A stretch of 64,000 nucleotides of DNA. Source: Stegostoma tigrinum. Its lineage: Eukaryota. Both the position numbers and the translations under genes were made by a program. Positions within the stretch are counted from its first letter, which is position 1, and each line of letters starts with the position of its first letter. The DNA lies in assembly GCF_030684315.1 (NCBI RefSeq), contig NC_081382.1:33862620-33926619 (forward strand). Direction: 5' to 3'. Of this stretch, positions 51,161 to 61,742 are shown in pieces. The notes under the pieces were generated by a model. The model made no database searches. It saw only the letters and a list, made by a program, of their open reading frames with translations, and had not been told where the DNA came from.

Positions 51161-52228
51161 AAGGCTGAAGAGATTTGATCCCAGTTAAGTTTCCTTCAAA
51201 ATTTGTTACCTTCATGGTAGTGGAGGCAAGGTCTACTTAGCAGACATTTTTACAGGGTTAGCAAACAATAATATTAGTGATATATGTACATAAGATATTT
51301 AGATTGTTCTATGATAATGATTAGAAGACAGCATTCACGATAGGCAGAACAACAACTTTAATTTATGTACTGCCTTTAATATAAAAAGTGAGCCAAGACT
51401 CCTCACAAAGACAATAAGAGGCAAATTATATAATGAGTTATGCCGAGAGAGACAAGGGTAGCTGGAAGAATGCTTGGTCAAAGAGGCAGAATTTAAGGAG
51501 TCACTTAAATAAAGAAAGAGCAGAAAGGGGAGAGATTTACCAAAAGAATTCCAGAGTTTGAGGCCTACTGAAGGCACAGCCTGCAATGATTAAGTGACTA
51601 AAATCAGGGACTCCAAAAAGGCAGGAATTATAGGAGAACACAGATATTGCAGAGGTTTTTTTGGGCAGGACGGTATTTCAGAGACCAGCATGTGGAAGGA
51701 TTGGAAAAGAAGGATAAGAATTTCTAAAAATCAAGACATTGCTCGATTAAGAGCTAACAAAGAACACAGAGTGGCATGCTGAATGGGACTTGGATAGAGT
51801 CATGACATGGGCAGCAGAGTTTTGGATGACTCCAACTTTTTGAACAGTAGAACATGGGAGACCAGCAGGTCTGTATTTTAATAGTCAAGTCTACAGCGAC
51901 GAAAGGCATAAATTTTGGTTTCAGCTGATGCACGGGGATAGGAGTGCGACAGAATAATGTAACAAAAATGGAAGGTGGATATCTTGGTGGATGGCACTGA
52001 TGTCAGGTAGGAAGTTCATCTCAGGGTCAAATGTGACACCAGATTGCAAACAGACTGGATTAGTCTCATACTACCGCCAAACAGTGGGATGGAGTTAGCA
52101 GCTTGGAAACAGAGTAAGGTGCAGTGACTTCAGATTTTCCAACATTTAATTGGGAAGAGGGCAAAAGAGATGAAAATCTAGTCTAATAGTGAACATATAT
52201 TTATTAAGACTTGAATGTGCACACTCAC

Positions 52229-54373
52229 CCGGTTTGCAGTGACTGCAAAATACTGCAGATTCTGAAGGAACCCGATGTCCTGTGGTATAGATGTCAGGTT
52301 ATTATGACTCAAATCTAAGTACCGCAACTTGCGACAATAGAACAGCTGAGCAGGAATCTTTTCAATTTTGTTCCGGTTCAGGTAGAGCCTTTCCATGTTG
52401 GTCAAAGTGCCAACCTGAATGGGGATATAGGCAATATGGTTATACCACAGCTTAAGGCAGACTAGGCGCCGTAGGTGCTGGAAACTGATAATTTCCTCGA
52501 TTGTCTTCAAGTTGTTGTCTTTGAGATCGATTTCCTGTAAGTTATGGAGACTGAAGATGGAGTGTGGGATTCGTTCCAGATCACAACGGATTAACTCCAA
52601 TTCTGTCAGATTAACCATCTTCTTCAGGCTATTGAGGACCATAAGCTTGGTGCCCTCATTGTTGATAGACAATTTCTGCAGATGGACTCCAACATCTGTG
52701 ACAACCTGTGGCAACTTTGTTAGGTTGCTCTTCAACCTCAAAACTTTGAGGCATTTGAGTTCCCGTAAGCCATCAATCACGATGTAGCGATTATTCTCTG
52801 CACTCAGGTTCCCAGTTAGGTGAAGCTCTTCGAGGTTCTTCAGGCTGTAAATCCACAGAGGAATCTCTTTGATGTCTGTAAACTTGATATGTAGTGACTT
52901 CAGGTGCTCTCGTAAGAAGGCAAGAGCTGGTGCCTCAATCTTTGCTGGCGTGTGGTACAACCAGAGTTCTTTGAGGTTAGTAAGTTGGGCAATAATTGGA
53001 GGAATGGTGACATCCAAGATCATCTCCAATTTGAGCACTTCCAGTTCAGTCAGGTCAAAGATGGTGTCTGGGATTCCACTCAGCATGAAGAGGTGGAGTT
53101 CCAGTTTGTCCTGAGAGTTTTTCATGATCCTCTGGCGGAGTTTTTCTAGGGTCCATTCATTATTCAGATTGAGCTGTCGTAATTTGTTCTCACTGACTTC
53201 AGACAGAAAGACAGCAAAACGTTTGGAGTACAATGGATCATACTGATCAATGAGATGCAACATAAAAGCAAAATCATTCTTGACATCAGGAATATCACTG
53301 TAGCTACTCTCCTCTCGAATTGACTCGAATGAATACTTTTTCAAAGAAAGGCGTACCATCCACCAGAGTGTGTACATGCAAATAAGTCCATAGACAATCA
53401 CTAAACTAATGTAAAAGGATGCAAGGATCTTGAACAGTGTAGCTAATGGATGAGCACATTGATACACATTGTATCCTGTGAGGTTCTGAATGTTCACTAT
53501 ACAGGACACATCAAATTTTATATCATCAACATAATAAAGTGAGTAGCTAATAATAAGAGCAAATTTGATTACTTTGATAATAGTCTGTCTCATATAGAGC
53601 TGGTAAACTATATCCCCTTCCTCTACATGGGTGCGGAATTTCTTTACTTTTTCAAACAGAGCTTTAGCTTGCTCTCCCTCCTTCTTATCCAATACACCTG
53701 TTTCCGAGTGATCGACTATTCCCTGCTCAATGCGGGATTTTGTTCTTTGCAGCATGGGTACACTGGCCTCCACATCCTCACTCACTGTAGAGGATTTCTT
53801 TGCCATTGAACCATTCATTTTAGCAAAAGACTGCTTTGGGTCAGTTTCTTCTGCCACAGTTTCAGATAGTGCCCTTGTTGTCCATGGTGAGTCAAAACAT
53901 TTCAGAAGGATCGATACAAAGTGTTCCAGCTTTGAGCTGGTTCGAGGATATTTGAACCAGAAATTGCTACATACTAAGAACACCAGCGTGTGTAGAAGTA
54001 CAAGGTAGGGAAAATATTTTGCAAACCAATGAAGTTTATTCTCATAGCATACTGCATCTACGTAGTTGTACTGGTGGCGGTCCAAGTCATACTGGATACC
54101 TGTGGGTTCACTGGAAAACGGGGGAATGACTGAAGATGACGGGAGTGTTGCATTTGGGTAATCAAAGGGTTCAAGACATGTATCATTTGCAACCCACTTG
54201 CAAGGTAAGCAGATCATTTTGTCTTGCGTGACCTGCAGTGTGCCACCAAATACTGCTATCATTAGCATTACAATGGAGATGTAGTCCGTAAACACGTCCC
54301 ACCATGGCTTCAAAATGCGGTATGCAGGCTGAGTGTCAGCAAAATATCGTAATTCCGTTACTGGAATCATCAT
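52229..54373 (-). CDS. LRRC8A: LRRC8A (SWELL1) main coding exon, 715 codons
   Basis: MIPVTELRYFADTQPAYRILKPWWDVFTDY, CLPCKWV and YDLDRHQYNYVDAVCYEN are near-identical to mammalian LRRC8A. Acceptor ttttcag|GTGC ATG at 54378, donor AAC CGG|gtgagt at 52228. Spliced product about 805-806 aa. Confidence 0.98.
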
Positions 54374-55359
54374 GCACCTGAAAATTAGAAGAAATAAGTA
54401 ACAGAAAGAGCTTTAATAACTAGGATCTCACAAGGATAATAGTAAGCATTGTAAATCTTTACACCACATACACAGGTGCATAATTATAGATTTTACTCTT
54501 CGTAACTTGGTTTATGTCTTCATGGAAAAATTATTTTAGATAATATAAAACAAAGCAAAAACAAATTAAGGTGTTGAATGAAGAACAGGTAAATGCATAA
54601 AAGTGAACTGAGGTTTGTTCATAAAAGCTGGGGAAATGCCACTATGTAAGGATAGAACCATTATGCAATGTGTTTATACTATTTCTAAATTGTGCATAAT
54701 CTGAATGCTCCTCAATGCCAACTTTTTACAGTGGATTATGTACAAGGACCACAAACCACAAGTGAATGGCTCACACGATGAAAATGTTTCTTCCTCAAGC
54801 ATCACAATGATTAAATATCAAATGCAATATAATAATTTTGATAAAAGCACTCCCACGTTAAATGAAAAAGAACAAAAAACTGTTTAAATCAAACATGGTA
54901 CTTTTAAAATTCACAGCATTTATAGCTGTTAACATAAGTATTCAATGTGCTTACTGACACTCAATAATAAAAAGACATACAAATAGTAATCTGGTGGTAC
55001 AGAACTTGAAGCGTTTTATCTTGCACTGATTAGGACAATTCACAAAAATATCAATGTAAAGAGTAAACAACTTTTATACTGTATGAGAGGACAGTGCTGA
55101 GTTATTGGCAGGTGGACTCTAGATGGCAGAGGCATTGCCATGGAGAACAAGCCACGCTTGCTATAATGCGCAATGTTAGATGTGATTCAGAGTCTGGACA
55201 GCATTGGCTAAATAATCCTGAGCATGCAAAGAATGACAATGACCAAATTATTTAGAATTGCAAACTTTGTATTGGCAAACTTGCTTACACTAGAAGTTAC
55301 ATATATTAGTACACACCTTCTTCTTTGCAAACAAAAAGAACATGTATATACATTGAGTC

Positions 55360-55500
55360 TTCCCCTCCCCCATTTCTGATGAACGGTCTAGGCCCAAAAT
55401 GTTAGCTTTCCTGTTCCTAAAATGCTGTTTGGCCTGCTGTGTTCATTCAGCTCCACACCTTGTTATCTCGGATTCTCCAGCATCTGCAGTTCCTACTGTC
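55360..55500 (+). mobile_element. Degenerate PLE terminal fragment
   Basis: ctgatgaacggtctaggcccaaaatgttagc (mutated hammerhead core) followed by the usual PLE terminus. Confidence 0.7.
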
Positions 55501-55798
55501 CCTAAATGACAGCATTTTTTGGTTCATTTCTCCAGGCAAAGTCTTAGCCAATCTGATTCAACCTACCTTGTTTAAAATTTAAATAAAGTTTGGTGATTAA
55601 CTGTCAGTCATCTTTATTGCATTATTCATGGCAACAGAGTCCACTGCAAACTAATCCATTGTCTCCTCTCATATGCAGTGTTTTCTCTTTATGTTGGTAA
55701 TCCATGTGTATTGGCCTGATGAGTTTAAGACAAAAAGCTTTGATAAAATGGATCTTTTTCACAGCAACACTGAAAAGACAGATGCCTGACTGTAAGGG

Positions 55799-56628
55799 AG
55801 AGATAATGGGAACTGCAGACGCTGGAGATTCCAAGATAATAAAATGTGAGGCTGGATGAACACAGCAGGCCAAGCAGCATCTCAGGAGCACAAAAGCTGA
55901 CGTTTCGGGCCTAGACCCTTCATCAGAGAGGGGGATGGGGAGAGGGAACTGGAATAAATAGGGAGAGAGGGGGAGGCGGACCGAAGATGGAGAGTAAAGA
56001 AGATAGGTGGAGAAGGTGTGGGTGGGGAGGTAGGGAGGGGATAGGTCAGTCCAGGGAAGACGGACAGGTCAAGGAGGTGGGATGAGGTTAGTAGGTAGCT
56101 GGGGGTGCGGCTTGGGGTGGGAGGAAGGGATGGGTGAGAGGAAGAACCGGTTAGGGAGGCAGAGACAGGTTGGACTGGTTTTGGGATGCAGTGGGTGGGG
56201 GGGAAGAGCTGGGCTGGTTGTGTGGTGCAGTGGGGGGAGGGGATGAACTGGGCTGGTTTAGGGATGCAGTGGGGGAAGGGGAGATTTTGAAACTGGTGAA
56301 GTCCACATTGATACCATATGGCTGCAGGGTTCCCAGGCGGAATATGAGTTGCTGTTCCTGCAACCTTCGGGTGGCATCATTGTGGCAGTGCAGGAGGCCC
56401 ATGATGGACATGTCATCAAGAGAATGGGAGGGGGAGTGGAAATGGTTTGCGACTGGGAGGTGCAGTTGTTTGTTGCAAACTGAGCGGAGGTGTTCTGCAA
56501 AGCGGTCCCCAAGCCTCCGCTTGGTTTCCCCAATGTAGAGAAAGCCGCACCGGGTACAGTGGATGCAGTATACCACATTGGCAGATGTGCAGGTGAACCT
56601 CTGCTTAATGTGGAATGTCATCTTGGAA
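55799..56628 (-). mobile_element. Young 5'-truncated Penelope-like element with an intact GIY-YIG endonuclease frame
   Basis: ORF 56151-56648: NVVYCIHCTRCGFLYIGETKRRLGDRFAEH...GTLQPYGIN. Followed by a 39-bp tandem repeat, a C-rich tract, the hammerhead-like motif at 55899-55926 and the PLE terminus. Confidence 0.93.
55899..55926 (-). ncRNA. Minimal hammerhead-ribozyme-like motif of the PLE terminus
   Basis: CUGAUGA-A-GGGUCUAGGCCC-GAA-ACGU-C: the conserved CUGANGA and GAAA boxes, a self-complementary stem II, and palindromic ACGU in place of stem III followed by a UH cleavage site. Activity is not shown. Confidence 0.7.
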
Positions 56629-57899
56629 TGGATTTGCGACTCATACATTTAAACAAGAATTTAAACCCATATAAAATTAGTTAAAATTGCTCGCTCGGAT
56701 GTTTCTGCTCTATTTCCTCAGTTTTTTTTGTGCTGCACATCCCAACTTCAGCGGGCACTCTACTTCCCAACTTTGCACAGCTTTTATCTGCTGCCTGATG
56801 TGTTTTCATTTAGTACACCATGTACTCTGCTTACGTATGTCAATATTTAATCAATGAAGTTCCTGGAGGAAAAAGAAACATTTGGGATCAGGGTCAAACA
56901 ATAAGCAAGAGCTGTTCTTCTATTAGGCTGAATCCCCTAAAATAAGATCATAAGACTATGAGAGGGGGGATCAGGAGTAGGCCATTCAGCCCTTCATGCA
57001 CGCTCTACAATTCAATGGTATCATGGCTGATCCAATATTCCTCAAATCTAATTACCTGCCCTTTCCGCATTGCCCGATTGATCAAGAATCTAACCACCTC
57101 AGCCTTGAATACAGACAAGGACTCTGCTTGCACTGCTCTCTGTGGCAAGGAGTTCCAGAGAATCAGAACCCTCTAAAAGAAGAAACCACTGCCCCCCCCC
57201 CAACTTCATCTCAATGTTAAATTGGTACCCACTTATTTCTGGAGATCCTGCTAGACCAGTGGTGCATAGATGGGATCTCCTCTTCCAGGACCAGCATTGG
57301 ACTCCCTGAAACCAGACCACACCATTCTGGCCTGAGGTAGCACCAGAGTTAAAGCTATCTGGAGGAATACATCATATTGTAGGAAAGGCTGATGACCTGC
57401 ATCAATCTGCCAGCATAAGTGCCACTATCTTTTCTCCAATACCTCACATTAACACAATCATTGCTACTGTACCCTCCTTATCAGGCTCATGCCCTATTAC
57501 TCTCACTACTATCAACAGCATCCCTCACTTGCTTTCATTTTTCCCAATCTCTGTCAGCAAGAGCCCTGTGTGCCCTCTGTGTTGCCTACTCACTTGCTCA
57601 AGACACCTTCCAATTTTCACCAAAAACAGCAGCTGTACCACCAACTTTCGCCTTCTTTAATAACTGCCTCTCTCTCATTAAATGAGAGAAACAACTCACA
57701 ACAGGGCAGAAAATGTGAAAACTGTTGGGCGCTGTGCAGGTCACGGACTGATATTGGAGACCACTCTAGACTTAATGTGCCAGGATCTCTTGAGCAATTG
57801 CTATCCTCCTTGACTTGATTAAGGCATACTGGCAATTATGACAAGCTTTCTTCCTGTGCTAAATAGCAAGGCAAGACAGAAATAACACGAGTCTATCTC

Positions 57900-60830
57900 T
57901 CGCTGAGCGAGCGGCATATAAAAAGGCAAAACAAGTTGGTGCAAAGCAGGGATGCTGTGAAGAACAGAGGGAGGCAGTGAGAAACGACTAAGGAGGATTC
58001 TGGGAGATGTTGGTTCAGTCACCACAACTGCAAACGGGATCATGGAGGACCCAGAAGAACAGCAGGTAAAAAGGGAGATTTGGTGCACGAGTCTTGGTCA
58101 AAGATGGTGTCAATGTCCTTCAGCGAAAGGCAATTCTGGAACTAGAATTTACATGCTTGGGAGGTGAGAAACAGGGAAGGGAGTGATGACCTTTTTAGGT
58201 ATTTATTATGGACTCCAAATAGTCAGAAGTTGAAGAAAGCATTTGTAGGCAGATAACAATCATCTGCAGGACAAGCACGGTTGTGATAGTTTGTGCTTTC
58301 AATACCCTAGGTAGACTGGGAAAGAGGCAGTGTATGGGGTACGGAAGGGAAGAAATCCCCACAGTGTGTACAGGGGAAATTTCTGGAACAGTATATTACC
58401 AGTCCAATCAGGGAGGGAGTAGTGCTGGATTGGATCCTACAAAATGAGGCAGGTGAAGTCGAGAATGTCAGAGTGGGGGAGCATTTGGGAAATAGCAATC
58501 ATAATATAATAAGGTTTAATATTAAGTTAGAAAAAATAAAAATCAGTCAACGAGTAAGATCCAAGACTGGAACGGGGACATTTTAGGGATCTAAACTGGC
58601 GCAGGTTGATTGGAATCACATTTTGGTGGATAAAACAGTGGATGAGAATTGGGAAAATTTCAAAAGAGAGGTGAATAGGGTATGAGCTAGGTACATACCC
58701 ATGAGAAGTCAACATAGGGTATCCAAAGCTACAGGACCTTGGATGACTAATGATATTGATGAGAAAATAAGGAAGAAAAGGGAGGCATATGATGCATACC
58801 AAACTAATGTCAATACAAATCAGGAAGAATATCTCAAACGCAGGAGACAGATTAAGATTGGAATAAAGAAAACTAAGAGGAGGCATGTTGAAAGGATGGC
58901 AGCCTGCGCTAAAATAAATGGTAAAATATTCTTCAAACATATTAGCAGTAAAAGATTAGTGAAGGATAGAGTCTAGACCATAAAGAACAAGCAGGGTCAA
59001 CTGCTCACTAAAGCAAAAGGATATGGGTGAGGTACCAAATGAATAGTTTGCTTTTGTCTTTACCAAATTAGAAGACAGTGACAATGGCTCAGTTGGAAAT
59101 TTGACTTTTGAGGAAGTGAGCATTATAGTGATAGATAAAGAACAGGTACTAAAGAGGCAGGCAGCACTCCAGGTACAGAAGTCACCAGGTTCACGTGGAT
59201 GCATCTTAGATTACTGACAGGGATAAGAAAACAAATTGCAGAGTCATTGACAGAAATTTTCCAAGCCTATCCAGGGGACTGAAGATTGCAAACGTGACAC
59301 CATTGTTTAAGAAAGCGGCAAAGGATAACGCAGGAAACTATAGACCTGTCAGCTTGAAATCAATGGTGGAAGGCCATAAAATGAGATAGATAAATATACA
59401 TAGAGAAAAATAAGTTAATACTCGAGTCAACATGGCTTTATCAATGCTTGGCTATCTCTGACAAATTTAATTATGTTCTTTGAAAGGGTGACACAGGCAG
59501 TGGATGAGGATAGTATTGAGGATGTTGATTATTTTGAATTTCAGAAAGCATCCACTTCAGTGCCGCATGGCAAATCAGAAATGTTTGGGATTGTTGGGTA
59601 TTTCTTAGATTGGAGACGAGTTGAAAGTGGTGTTCCGCAGGGATCAGTATTGGGACCTTGCTTTTTCTTATTTATATAAAACCATTTGAGATGAGTATTG
59701 AGTGCAAAATCTTTAACTTTGTAGATGATACAAAGCTGGGGAGAAGTTAATTGTGAGGAATAGTTGAGTGACTTCAGAGAAACATGGGCAAAATTGGCCA
59801 AATGGGTAGACAGCTGGCAGATGAAATTCAATGCAGAGAAATATGAAGCAATGCATTTTGGCAGAAGAAACACAAAGAATATAGGCTCAATGGTACAACT
59901 TTGAGAGGGGTACAGAAGTAGAGGGAACTTGAGGTTCATGTACACAATTCCCTGAAGGTGACAAGGCAAGTTGAAATTGTTGTTAAGGCGGCTTACAGGA
60001 TCCTTAGGTTTAATGAAAGCAGGACACCGAGTACAAAAGAACAGAAGTGATGTTACATCTCTACAAATCATTGGTCAGACCACTTTCTAAGTATTCTGTT
60101 GAATTCTGGGCACTTATTTAAGGAAGAATGTTAAGACCCTGGAGTTCAAAAGAGATTTTCTAGAATGATACTAGGAATGAGGGATTTTAGATGCAAGGAA
60201 AGATTGGAGAAATTGAGCTTTTTCTCCTTGAAGCAGAGAAGACTAACAAGTGATCTTATTAAGGTTTCAAAATTATTAACAATTTTGACAGGGTAAAGGA
60301 AGATATTCTATTTCCACTAGTTGGCATGTCAGTAACTAGGTTTTTTGATATTGTAATCCCATCAGCAAGAGAGCTAGAAGAAAGATGAGGAAAAACTCCT
60401 TTACTCGGAGTTGATAGGATTTGGAATGCTGCCTGTAGAGTGGTGGAGGCGGACTCCATAAAAAGTTTCAGAAGAGAGCTAGATATATATTTAATAGTGA
60501 TGAATTTAGATGGTTACAGAGATAATGGGAGCTGCTGATGCTGGAGAATCCAAGATAACAAAGTGTGAAGCTGGATGAACACAGCAGGTCAAGCAGCATC
60601 TCAGGTGCATAAAAGCTGACATTTCGGGCTCTCTGATGAAGGGTCTAGGCCCGAAACATCATCTTTTGTGCTCCTGAGATGCTGCTTGGCCTGCTGTGTT
60701 CATCCAGCTTCACACTTTGTTATCTTAGATGGTTACAGATACAGGGCTCGAGAACTGGATTGCTCTTTTGGGAGTTGGTACAGACACGATGGGTCAAGTG
60801 ACTTCCTTCTATGCTGTAAAATTCTATAAG
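57900..60830 (+). mobile_element. Long decayed CR1-type LINE (most of ORF2)
   Basis: In-order remnants: endonuclease (EHLGNSNHN), PWMT, DYFEFQKA, SGVPQGSVLGP, VDDTK, WQMKFNA and a 3' UTR ending attctata. Many stops and frameshifts. Confidence 0.88.
60521..60724. mobile_element. Short fold-back PLE-derived element nested in the CR1 3' end
   Basis: ~75 bp inverted arms. Exact 15-bp TSD ttagatggttacaga at 60506-60520 and 60725-60739. Hammerhead-like motif at 60633-60660. Confidence 0.88.
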
Positions 60831-61552
60831 TCTCTATCTTCAGAGTGAGTGAACACAATTACAGTGAGTGAAGAGCCGAGAGATGCAGTCTGGTGCAGTC
60901 CATGAGCTAAATACATATCTCTAAGCGCAAAGTGTCCTTACTGTAGCATTACAATAATAGTTTCTGGTGCAACCCAAATGCTGGTGCAGCAGTGAAGTGC
61001 AGAAGCATCCAAAAAGTGAATCACACATGTGCCATTAGGATTCTTAGAGGCTAACACATGTCAGCTGCCAATGTCTCTGTGGCCACTGCCCGTGGATTTT
61101 GCTGCCTGGTATTTAACACGGTGGTTGTTTGGAGCAAGCAGCAAACTTAATCTGCAAAGTACCTGTGGGTTTTCTATGTTGCACTTTCGTCTAGCCTGTT
61201 TGGCAAGTTTGGTAACTAGGAAGCTGAATATTAACAAAATGATTTGGGCCACCAACAAGGCATTTAATCTGCTTTAATCACTGTCAATTGGCAACTCACT
61301 GCTGCCTAGCAAGACACTTGCCATGCCACTTGTCAAAAGAATAAAAGATATGCAATATGCATCTGGCCAGACTTCTCAACTGAATCTGCCCAACATCTCA
61401 CCATAGCACACGTCGCTTAGATTGCTATGAGATTCCAACTACAGAATGCATGGTTATAAATGTGATGTCTGACTGTTCATTTGCATGTCCATTTATCCTC
61501 AATCTACAACTCCATTTCACATAACAGACTACATGATACAACATGGTACAAC

Positions 61553-61742
61553 CCTCCTCCCTCTGGACCAACCTCAGGGAATTTCTCTCCCACTTCGGTC
61601 TGCCTCCCCCCTCTCCCTATTTATTCCAGAACCCTCTCCCCATCCCCCTCCCTGATGAAGGGTCTAGGCCCGAAATGTCAGCTTTTGTGCTCCTGAGATG
61701 CTGCTTGGCCTGCTGTGTTCATCCAGCTTCACACTTTATTAT
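61553..61742 (+). mobile_element. Short PLE 3'-end insertion with TSD
   Basis: 11-bp TSD catggtacaac at 61542-61552 and 61743-61753. Hammerhead-like motif at 61652-61679. Confidence 0.85.
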
